A DNA stretch of 63,978 nucleotides, the filler included, from Octopus bimaculoides (taxonomy: Eukaryota): the NCBI RefSeq assembly GCF_001194135.2. It is 4 parts of 3 records of this genome, joined end to end, with 100 filler letters (N's around TTAATTAATTAA, not from the genome) between each part and the next. Parts side by side here need not be neighbours in the genome. Positions count along the whole stretch, not along the records: positions 22,169 to 41,572 come from NC_068989.1; positions 41,673 to 62,122 come from NC_068993.1; 2 more parts are not named here. One strand, given 5' to 3'. Under the pieces are notes generated by a model, which searched no databases, was not told the DNA's origin, and saw nothing but the letters and a program-made list of their open reading frames with translations. Made by a program: the position numbers and the translations under genes. Shown piece after piece: positions 39,445 through 50,700 of this stretch (positions are counted from its first letter, which is position 1; every line of letters starts with the position of its first letter).

Positions 39445-39760
39445 CTGTGTTTGTGGCCTATAAGACGCACGAGTGCGTAGTAGGCACCCTAACCTAAGCT
39501 ATACTTCAGTAAAATAAATTATCACTAAAATAATGTTTCAATTATTACCGGGAATTATAAGGTATCTTTGCATCCACATTCGATATAAATATACCGAAGG
39601 CGATTGTTCACCAATAGATTCGATATAATCATACTGTATGTGATTGCTCACCATTTGTCGCGAGTCTTGAAACTACATTCAATGCATTCGACGAAGGAGG
39701 CGTTTAAAGCAATTTTGAGGTGAAAATAAAAGGGTGCATCTAATACGCCATCCAATACGG
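39445..39760. mobile_element. pogo/Tigger-like MITE (degraded)
   Basis: Left TA|CTGTGTTTGTGGCCTATAAGACGCAC and right GTGCATCTAATACGCCATCCAATACGG resemble the CCGTATTTT..TATAAGACGCAC type of TIR. Confidence 0.6.
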
Positions 39761-40601
39761 CACATAAGTATATATATATATATAAAGTTAAATTAAATAT
39801 AGATATATACTACTCACAATTCAATAATTTATTTATATTACAATATTACATTAAATATTATGAATATGATATAAAATAACATAATATTATACAACATAAA
39901 TAATTATAAAAACCATAAAAGGCCAAGAAATTGTTTCGACTTCTATATATTTTTTCTGATAAACATAATCACAGTTCCCTTATATATAATATCACTTCAG
40001 GTTTAGAAAAAAACGAAGCACCGTGTGCAAGGACGACTGGATTGTAAAATTCATTCAAATGTCTATGTATTATGAGAGTGAGCGTTAACTATTCAATCAT
40101 ACATCAATTACAATTTAAAAAAAAAATAAACGAAGACATTTTACCGGATGACACAATCAAGTAAGTGCAATCCACAACAATCTAAATTCACTTCATCACA
40201 TTTCAAATATATACCAATTGAAATCCTGACATGTCCAAGATAGTCTCTTGTCACTACAGCATACAACAATATGATATGTGTGTATACAAATGTATATAAT
40301 GTAGTATCTCAGTCTTCTCCAACGTATAACTGCAACAAAAAATATATAAACAATTACATTTTCAATACAACAACTCATTTATTTATTTAAATTAAATGGT
40401 GCAAAAAAATATTGTTTAAATTAACTAATAATAAATCTTCTATATTATATTCTCGTGGGAGATAATTCTCTAGTAAATTGGAATAGAAACCTAATGATTT
40501 GTTTGTTTCTTTACTTAATTTATCGTAGGGAGAATTCCGTAATACGTGTTAATATAGACTTAATACAGTAAATCTGATAACCAATATACCCCATATATAT
40601 A

Positions 40602-40636
<35 letters not shown>

Positions 40637-41528
40637 NNNNNNNNNNNNNNNNNNNNNNNNNNNNNNNNNNNNNNNNNNNNNNNNNNNNNNNNNNNNNNNN
40701 NNNNNNNNNNNNNNNNNNNNNNNNNNNNNNNNNNNNNNNNNNNNNNNNNNNNNNNNNNNNNNNNNNNNNNNNNNNNNNNNNNNNNNNNNNNNNNNNNNNN
40801 NNNNNNNNNNNNNNNNNNNNNNNNNNNNNNNNNNNNNNNNNNNNNNNNNNNNNNNNNNNNNNNNNNNNNNNNNNNNNNNNNNNNNNNNNNNNNNNNNNNN
40901 NNNNNNNNNNNNNNNNNNNNNNNNNNNNNNNNNNNNNNNNNNNNNNNNNNNNNNNNNNNNNNNNNNNNNNNNNNNNNNNNNNNNNNNNNNNNNNNNNNNN
41001 NNNNNNNNNNNAAATATGCGTAACAGAAACTTTATCAGGTCAGATTTCTTATCATTAGGTTTGTTATTGTGATTATTTCATCAATTTTAATACTCTCCTA
41101 TATTATTACAATTATTCTTTTCTGCTCTAGACACAAGGCCCGACAATTTCTTTTTTTGGGGGGTGGGGGCTAGTCGATTACATCCACACCAGTACGCAAC
41201 TGGTACTTAATTTATCGACCGCGAACGTAAAGACAGAACGTAAAGACAGACGAAATATCACTAAGCATTTCGCCTGGCGTGCTTAAGTTTCTGCCAGCTC
41301 GCCGCCTTAATATTATTACAATTATTTAAATATTGCCATTGTTATACTGTGCAATAACAATATTGATAACATTTTTGTTTATAAATAAATTTAAAAAAAT
41401 CGACGCTGGACAAAAATATTGACGTGCTTCAGTTAGAAATAACATATTTTCCCTGAGGACTCTATAAATTCATATACGTACACACAAAAACACGCACACA
41501 CACACACACACATACACACACACATACA

Positions 41529-41572
<44 letters not shown>

Positions 41573-41672
41573 NNNNNNNNNNNNNNNNNNNNNNNNNNNN
41601 NNNNNNNNNNNNNNNNTTAATTAATTAANNNNNNNNNNNNNNNNNNNNNNNNNNNNNNNNNNNNNNNNNNNN

Positions 41673-41970
41673 TCTATGAGGCCTTTGCATCCCCTTCTAG
41701 TTTTGTCACTCCCCACGTAGTCTAGATGCGTGTCCAAGGTAGCATTCCAATCCCCCACTAAAAGTAAGGGACGAGACGTTCCCAGGAATACTTCTAGACG
41801 TCGAAAGAAGTCTGACCGACCTGTTAAAGGAGGCACATAAACTGCCAGCAACCGAAAAGCGCCTCCATCGCTGCCGTCCACATCTAGGACAACCAGTCTA
41901 CCCTCCGGGTCCGTAAATATCGTCTTTAGTTGAAGATCCAGACTCTTGCGAAAAAGAACCGCCGTGCCAC
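41673..41970 (-). mobile_element. L1/Tx1 LINE copy C: endonuclease fragment
   Basis: GTAVLFRKSLDL..DPEGRLVVLDV..VYVP..LLVGDWNATLD (APE GDWN motif); truncated by a scaffold spacer. Confidence 0.9.
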
Positions 41971-42194
41971 ACAGAGCTGCACACAGAGGGGGGAAATACA
42001 ATTGTAGAGCTTTTCTTTTAGAAAAAAAAAGGATCAGAAGGGATCCTGTATCACAGAAAATGTTTAAAGTGTAAAAAAGGTAACATTACGTTTATCCAGG
42101 GAGAGAAAAGCTTATAGAAAAGATCACGGTAACCTCACCAGGGAATAGACACATCAGAGCAAGGTGCTCTCTCTCTCTTTTTATTTTTCTCGAT

Positions 42195-45100
42195 TTACAG
42201 GATCATGCTCAAAGAGGTATCGTCACTCGCACGCACCATCTTTGCTACATTCACCCACCTTTTATTGAAACTTTCACGAGACAAAACCTGTCTCTCCATT
42301 CTCACCTTCCTTTTCAAGTTATACTTTAAAAAGTTGATGAGCGATTGGCCAGAGAGGTAGGTTTTCGTCTCTAATCCTTTCGCTCGGATCCACCACACAC
42401 ATTCTTTCACCATCACCACCAGTATGATGAACACTGCCNNNNNNNNNNNNNNNNNNNNNNNNNNNNNNNNNNNNNNNNNNNNNNNNNNNNNNNNNNNNNN
42501 NNNNNNNNNNNNNNNNNNNNNNNNNNNNNNNNNNNNNNNNNNNNNNNNNNNNNNNNNNNNNNNNNNNNNNNNNNNNNNNNNNNNNNNNNNNNNNNNNNNN
42601 NNNNNNNNNNNNNNNNNNNNNNNNNNNNNNNNNNNNNNNNNNNNNNNNNNNNNNNNNNNNNNNNNNNNNNNNNNNNNNNNNNNNNNNNNNNNNNNNNNNN
42701 NNNNNNNNNNNNNNNNNNNNNNNNNNNNNNNNNNNNNNNNNNNNNNNNNNNNNNNNNNNNNNNNNNNNNNNNNNNNNNNNNNNNNNNNNNNNNNNNNNNN
42801 NNNNNNNNNNNNNNNNNNNNNNNNNNNNNNNNNNNNNNNNNNNNNNNNNNNNNNNNNNNNNNNNNNNNNNNNNNNNNNNNNNNNNNNNNNNNNNNNNNNN
42901 NNNNNNNNNNNNNNNNNNNNNNNNNNNNNNNNNNNNNNNNNNNNNNNNNNNNNNNNNNNNNNNNNNNNNNNNNNNNNNNNNNNNNNNNNNNNNNNNNNNN
43001 NNNNNNNNNNNNNNNNNNNNNNNNNNNNNNNNNNNNNNNNNNNNNNNNNNNNNNNNNNNNNNNNNNNNNNNNNNAAACCACGATTGCAGTTCGACTAAGG
43101 AGACGAGATGTGGGAAAGCGCGCCGCACGAACGGTGACCACACCTGCTCACCGTCGTCTATGAAGCGCCGGAGATGTCGCAGTCTCAGCGCATGTCTGCA
43201 CATCATCAACCACGGCGTGCCCAGCCCTCCATTTAGTGGCTGTTGACAACAAATGGATCGCCTAACCATCGGAACGCTTCCCTTCCACAGAAGCGGAAGA
43301 GTATGCGTTCCAGTTTGATGATGGTAGGGTCGGGACAAAGCACGCCGGTCAGACGGTATTCGATGACGGATGCGTTGTACGCGTTCGCCACCTCCGCCCG
43401 ACCTTTTAGGGATAGCTGGGTGAGAGTGGCCACCTTAGTCGTTATTTCGCCCCAGTTCGGAGAACCATTTGGAGGTCCGGACCGAACCAGACTCCGAGCA
43501 ATTTAACCGGCCCGTCGGTCCAGCGTTCCACAGTGGAGACGCTGTTAGACGGCATGGGCTTGCTTCTCCAGGTGCCAATCCGCAAGCCCACTGACTTATC
43601 CCGGCTAATTTTTGCTCCCGTTATCGCTTCGTATTCTTTTAGTGTCTCGCCGATCAGCTCGAGGTGCTTTTTGACTCGACACTATGACGGTGACGTCGTC
43701 CGCGTATGCAGACACACTCCTCCCACATCCCAGCTCTCGTGGGATGCCCCTCAGCGTCGCCAGCTTCCACAGTAGTGGATCAAGAGTCAATACATACAGA
43801 AGGGTCGAGAGGGGGCATCCTTGACGAACTGAACGCATGATGTCAAATGGTCTGGATAGATGACAGTTTACGCGAACTACCGAGCGGATGCCGCTGTATA
43901 AGGCAGCGATCCAGCCGCGGAAGACGGCACCGAAACCNNNNNNNNNNNNNNNNNNNNNNNNNNNNNNNNNNNNNNNNNNNNNNNNNNNNNNNNNNNNNNN
44001 NNNNNNNNNNNNNNNNNCGTTGAGCAGAGTGATGGGCCTAAAATTATCAATGACGTTCCCCTTGTTTGGATCTTTCTTTAGCAATGCCACCGCTTCTCGC
44101 TTTACAAAGACGGGGATACTCCCGTTTTGCTGCCAGTTGCAGTAGACAGCTGCCAAGACGCCTCCAAACAAGTCTGGCATATGACAATAAAGTTCGTAGG
44201 GCAGACCATCCAAGCCTGGTGACTTGTCTCCCTTGCAGCCTGCCATCGCATCCCGTACGTCCGCGGCTGTGATGGGTCTTTCACAACACTCCGCTTCCTT
44301 TGCTGAGAGTCGTGGCAGGACATGCAGGTAGATACTAAAGTCCACTCTGCGTTCTGACCCACCAGTTGTCCCGAACAGTCGGGCAAAGTGATGTTGAAAG
44401 GCCTCGCACATCCTTTCAGGCTCGAGTAATTCGCGCCCTTGTTTATCTGTCAGGGACCTAATGGTGGCTCTGTTGCCTCGTTGCGCCTCCGCTACTCGGG
44501 CCTCTCAGGCCGCTCCAACTCCTTAGTCCCTCAGAGCACGCATCCTAGCTCTGACAACGCATCCTTCGTGTTTGGCGTTGAAGTGTTGGTCGAGGGCCAA
44601 CCTCGCCGCCACTACGTTGGACGCGATGCCAGTTCTAAGTGCTTCTTCTAATTTCTTAACTAGATCTCCCTCTATTCTATTTCGGTCTAACGCTAGGGCC
44701 TTACTGTACCTAACCGATTCTGCTTTGATTGCATTTTTTAGGGCATACCACCATCTGTTGTTGATGATGGTACCCGTTAATGCTCTCTTAACTAATGTGC
44801 TAATCCGGTCCCTGTAAGCCTGGCGTGTCGTGAACGACGCGTTCAGTTTCCAGTAACCGGGACCCTGTCTATGTGTCTTATCTAAGTCAAGCGTACAAGT
44901 GACAAATTTGTAGTCTGTGTAGCTGACTATATGGAATTGTGAACAACCTACTCTATCCTTATCCACTGCCCTACAGAATACCCTATCTAAATACGATCTG
45001 GACGACCCGATGCGGTTACTCCATGTCCACGTTGGCACATTCAAGTGGTCCAGTCGGTACCTGTCAGACAGTTGGAAACGTCTGAGCAGGTCTTTGAGGC

Positions 45101-45591
45101 ATTTGCATCCCTTTCTATTGCTATCGCTGCCTGCGTAATCTAGATGCATGTCCAGGGTAGCGTTCCAATCCCCCACTAAAAGTAAAGGTCGAGACGTTCC
45201 CAAGAAAACCTCTAGACGTCGAAAGAAATCTGGCCGGCCTGTTAAGGACGGTGCATAAACTGCTATCAGTTGAAAAGCACACCCATTGCTCCCGTCATCA
45301 TCCAAGACGACCAGCCTACCCTCCGGGTCTAGGAAAATTGCTCTTACTTTGAAGTCCAAACTCTTCCGAAGAAGCACCGCGGTGCCTCCTCTACTCATTC
45401 TCGGCAGACACAGAGAAAAATAAATGTCGAAATGTCCGCCAAACATGTGTTGGAGGGCCCGCGGGCTGTGGAGTTTAGTCTCGCTGATGGCTATGATAAG
45501 CAGATTTTTGTGACTTGATGTCATTTAATAGGTACCCTTGTTTCCAAGGCGACCCCAAGCCACGTACATTTATACTGCCTATTTTGAGCAT
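42195..45591 (-). pseudogene. ORF2 (APE endonuclease-RT) of LINE copy B
   Basis: ORF pieces 44523-45524, 43605-44411, 43233-43433, 42319-43338 and 42195-42434; ends SLSMIL*. Confidence 0.92.
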
Positions 45592-45652
45592 GTTCCTATC
45601 AAAATTGGTTTTACACACGAAAGGAAAACGAAAGAGAAAAGGAGAGAGAGAG

Positions 45653-47426
45653 TTACTTACTGTTCGAAAGTTCTTTGTTCTTCACCTCACAGTCTTCTCT
45701 CAGAAGGTTTTTATACATTTTTTTTAATGAATATTTTTGGAATCTCCCTACTGTATCCAGGTAGAGAGATTTCAGTGTGCGGTATGTGTTACGTGTTATG
45801 TGTATGATTTTGATGTGTTGTGGTGGTGTTGTGCGTGGGTGATTGCTTGTTTTTGTGCCATTTTCTGTTATGTCAGTGTTTGACCTAATGTATTCCATTA
45901 GGTCTGGATTGTTTGTGTTTATAGCTGTCAACGTTCTTAGGGGGTTGTGTGTTGGTGTATTTGTGTTGATGTTTTTGTTTTCTGTGGATGTGTTGGTTTC
46001 AGGGCTGGTAAACCTCCCCGCTTTGTTTGTTTGCTTTTCTTTCCTTTTTTTTCCTTCTTTTTATTTTTCCTCCCGTAGCCAATTGCCAATCATCTGTGTG
46101 TTGATTTTGTTGTTGGTGGTGTTGGTGCTGTTTGGGTTTTTGGGGGTGGGATGTGAGTCTTTTTCGTTTTCTCTTCTTCTTGTGGGGTGGGATGTTGTTG
46201 GTGGTGGTGGTGATGGTGCTGGTTCTGTTCTTGGTGGTACTGGTAGTGTTGTTGTTTGGTTCGGCTTGCCTGCTGGTTGCTGACGTTTCTGCATTTCTTT
46301 GTACAGCTGCTTGACCAGTTGTGCATATGGCGGTGCGGGCAGTAATGCTGGTTTTTTGTTCTGTTTTTTTTTGTGGTTGTTGTTTTTCTTGATCTTGTTG
46401 TTAACGTTATTGTTGCCGTTGCTCCTGGGCTACTGGGCATTTGCTTCTTAAGTGAGTTTTGCTACTACAAACGTAGCAACTTGGCCTTCTGCCTTCGACG
46501 GCAACATGGAAGCTCGAATCCTCTGTTAATTGGATTCTGTGAGGAATTTTTTCATAATTGACTGGATCAACTTGTACAAGAAGTTGAATTTCCTGGACAA
46601 TCCAGTTTTCATGGTTCAGGGCAGTGACTTCCAAAATATTTATTTCCTCCTCTATGTCATAACATATGGCAGATACCAGCCATTTTACTTGTTCAGGAGG
46701 CACATTGGTTATTTTTATTTTTGTCACCCTACGACCAAGGTACGTATGGATCATGAGCAGATTTTCGCCTGGAAACGACTTTGTGGAGAGGTCCTTGGCT
46801 CGCTGTTCGCTATCGAATCTCACTTCGATTGTTGCGAACCTGTTTCCCCATATGGGCCTTAAACATCTCTCAACATTTTCCTAACTAAATTTTTCAGGAG
46901 TCTTTGTTTTTTTGTTGAGCGTTTTATAAATAACTGGGTTTTTTTTTTTTGCAATGTTTTTTGTAATGTCTGCGGGTGTCTGTAGATGAATTGTTACTTC
47001 GTTTTTGGCGAGCATACTTTTACATTCGAGTAATTCTTCTTTAGATAAATTCATTATTTTTTTTCTTGGCTTCAAAGCCTCGGCAAAGTTCGTGTTTGTT
47101 GTGGTGGTGGTGGCGGTAGTGGTGGTAGCAGTGGTGAAGACAATGGTTGTAGTAGTAGAGACATTTGTGGCGGATGACCTTGTGTCTTTGGTTTTGTTGT
47201 TGTTGCTGTTGTTGGTGGTAGTTGTAATGGTGGTAGCATTTGTGGTGGTTGTGGTGGCGGTGTTAGCGTTCATGCTAACACTGGCACCTGTTTGTGTGAT
47301 GCTTCTCCCCTTCTTCCCTCCTTCATGAAGCTGTGGTGAAGGCAGTGTAGGGAAATCAACGTCGAAAGAGTTGGTATAGAGACCTGAGTTCGTTATGGGA
47401 TCGTCTTCATGGCTTGAAAATGCCAT
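45653..47426 (-). pseudogene. ORF1 (gag-like, zinc knuckle) of LINE copy B
   Basis: Frame-shifted pieces 46881-47432, 46407-46823 and 45653-45931; the C-terminal block NHPxTTPPxHIKI is shared with copy A. Confidence 0.85.
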
Positions 47427-47638
47427 CCTCAAAACAAAAAATGGCTAAGAAAGCCGAAATTAATTTTACAAAATCGGGAAATACGCCACACAGGGCAGAT
47501 TTCCCGTGCAAACAAGTTGCACAACCGAATGTATCAGTTGTTGCACAACTTTTATATACAAAATATGATTCAAAAACAAACTTTTAAAGGCAAAAAGAGC
47601 AAACTTACACCGAGCCGATGTGTCTACCGTCCGTCCAT

Positions 47639-47640
<2 letters not shown>

Positions 47641-47700
<60 letters not shown>
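47641..47700. repeat. (GATA)n array at the 3' end of LINE copy A
   Basis: Direct reading; on the element strand it is (TATC)n immediately after the AATAATGAAACT tail. Confidence 0.95.
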
Positions 47701-47702
<2 letters not shown>

Positions 47703-50700
47703 GTTTCATTATTAGCCACACAGGGTCGAACACAGATAGGACAAATACAATGTGGAGTTTTTCTTTTCGAGGGGGACGAAAACATAGTAAAAAAAACAGA
47801 AGTAAGGACAACGATCAAAAGGAATTGAAAACCTTTGGGGTATATACAAAAAGGATAAATATATACAAAAGGTTCCCAAGAAATAGGGAGGTTTATCCGT
47901 GGAAAGAAAAACCTACGAAAAGACCACTATAACCTGGGGCAATACTGTTACATGTTAATAGATTTATTTACACAAGGTAAGTAACTCTCTGCTTTAAAAT
48001 TTTTCCGTTTCATAGGATCATGCTCAAGGTGGCTTCGTCATTTATACGTGCCATCCTTGCTACATTCACCCATCTCTTTTTTGGAAACATTCATTAGACA
48101 ACACTTGCCTCTCTACTCTCACCTTTCTTTTCAAGTGATACTTGAAAAAGTTGATGAGAGATTGACCAGAGAGGAAAGTATTTGTCTCTAATCCTTTCAT
48201 ACACGTCTACCAGATACATTCTTTCGCCATAGCCACAAGTACGATAAAAACAGCTCTTCCTTCCCGTTTAAAGGAAGGTGGCGTGATGATATTGACGATA
48301 GACTCGGTTGATAAACCAACTAGTCCCACACGTGACAGCAGTCGTTCGACATAAGCCCACAGGTCGGAAATGGTTGGACACTGCACGAGTGCGTGCAGTA
48401 CGGTCTCGTCGCTCTGACCGCATCTCGTGCAGGTCGGCCGCGTGTTTCTCGAACCGTGTCTGTAGAGCTTATCCCGAACGGGTAGCGCTCCTCGTTAGCA
48501 CTAATGGGATCTCTGGAAGTTATCCATAGGTCCCGGCCCGAAAGTCGTCTTAAACAGGCGAGTCAGGTATTCCTCGTCGACGTCCAGGTTCGCCCCGAGA
48601 TCGTCGTCGTACCTCCCCTCCACTAATCCCCTATAGAATGCGTTTGTTGTGATGCAGTCGCTAAAGGTCGACCCGGGACAGCGGAGTTGCTAGAGAGCAA
48701 CGTGACGCTCGCGGTGCCATTCGCCCTTNNNNNNNNNNNNNNNNNNNNNNNNNNNNNNNNNNNNNNNNNNNNNNNNNNNNNNNNNNNNNNNNNNNNNNNN
48801 NNNNNNNNNNNNNNNNNNNNNNNNNNNNNNNNNNNNNNNNNNNNNNNNNNNNNNNNNNNNNNNNNNNNNNNNNNNNNNNNNNNNNNNNNNNNNNNNNNNN
48901 NNNNNNNNNNNNNNNNNNNNNNNNNNNNNNNNNNNNNNNNNNNNNNNNNNNNNNNNNNNNNNNNNNNNNNNNNNNNNNNNNNNNNNNNNNNNNNNNNNNN
49001 NNNNNNNNNNNNNNNNNNNNNNNNNNNNNNNNNNNNNNNNNNNNNNNNNNNNNNNNNNNNNNNNNNNNNNNNNNNNNNNNNNNNNNNNNNNNNNNNNNNN
49101 NNNNNNNNNNNNNNNNNNNNNNNNNNNNNNNNNNNNNNNNNNNNNNNNNNNNNNNNNNNNNNNNNNNNNNNNNNNNNNNNNNNNNNNNNNNNNNNNNNNN
49201 NNNNNNNNNNNNNNNNNNNNNNNNNNNNNNNNNNNNNNNNNNNNNNNNNNNNNNNNNNNNNNNNNNNNNNNNNNNNNNNNNNNNNNNNNNNNNNNNNNNN
49301 NNNNNNNNNNNNNNNNNNNNNNNNNNNNNNNNNNNNNNNNNNNNNNNNNNNNNNNNNNNNNNNNNNNNNNNNNNNNNNNNNNNNNNNNNNNNNNNNNNNN
49401 NNNNNNNNNNNNNNNNNNNNNNNNNNNNNNNNNNNNNNNNNNNNNNNNNNNNNNNNNNNNNNNNNNNNNNNNNNNNNNNNNNNNNNNNNNNNNNNNNNNN
49501 NNNNNNNNNNNNNNNNNNNNNNNNNNNNNNNNNNNNNNNNNNNNNNNNNNNNNNNNNNNNNNNNNNNNNNNNNNNNNNNNNNNNNNNNNNNNNNNNNNNN
49601 NNNNNNNNNNNNNNNNNNNNNNNNNNNNNNNNNNNNNNNNNNNNNNNNNNNNNNNNNNNNNNNNNNNNNNNNNNNNNNNNNNNNNNNNNNNNNNNNNNNN
49701 NNNNNNNNNNNNNNNCTAAATTGATCAGGTCCCACCCATGCCAGGTTCCTTAACTACCCTGTCTACGATGTAACGCATCAGATGGAGGTTGTCATGGATG
49801 CTCCGGCTCGGCACGGCGCACGCTTGCGCTTTGTCGACCAGTTTCTCGATGACAAGCGCCAACCTCTTGGCTAACACCTTGGCCAAAATTTTCAGGTCTG
49901 CATTGAGCAGAGTGATGGGCCTAGAGTTATCTATGAAGTTCCCCTTGTTTGGATTTTTCTTCAGCAGCGTTACGGTTCCTCGGCTCACAAAACCGGGACT
50001 GCTCCCGTTCTGCTGCTAGTTGCAGTACACCGCTGCCAAGACGTCTCCAAACAAGTCTGGTATACAGTTGTAAAGCTCGTAGAGCAGACCATCCCAACCC
50101 GGCGATTTGTCCCTCGAGCATCCTGTCATCGCGTCCGTCACTTCCGCCGCCGTAATGGCAACTTCACAGCACTCTGCCTCTCTTGTCGAGAGTCGTGGCA
50201 GGCTGTGCAGGTAGGCACTGAAGTCCACCCTGCCTTCTCACTCGTCACTCGTCCCGAACAGTCGGGCAAAATGCCGCTGAAACGCTTCGCACATCTTGCT
50301 CGGCTCGAGAAATCACGTTCCTGTTTATCTACCAGAGACCGAATGGTGGCTCTGTTGCCCCGCTGCGCCTCCGCCACCCGGGCCTCTGGCGCGGCTCCAA
50401 CACCTTCGCTCCTTAGAGCACGCAATCTTGCCCTGACAGTACATTCTTCGTGTTTGGCGTTGAAGTGTTGGTCGAGGGCCAACCTCGCCGCCAAAACGTC
50501 GGATGTGATGCCGCTTCTTATAGTCTCTTCTAACTTGCTATATCTAACTGCTTCAGCTTTTACTGCTCTCTTGAGAGCAAACCACCATTTGTTATTGATG
50601 ATGGCTCCCGTCAAAGTCCTCTTTACTAATGTGCTAATTCGGCCTCTGAAAACCTGTCTCGACGGGAAAGACGCGTTCAGTTTCTAGTAACCGGGACACT

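Larger units (their letters stand above)
41966..47562 (-). mobile_element. L1/Tx1-clade LINE copy B, near full length, degenerate
   Basis: 5'UTR, ORF1 (47426-45653; Thr-rich, CCHC CYVCSSKTHLRSKC), ORF2 (45591-42195): MLKIGSINVRGL, ISETKL, GDWN, SYLDRVF, PGYWKLNAS, KSPGLDGLPYE, NFRPITLLN, VRQGCPLS, YADDVTV. Confidence 0.95.
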
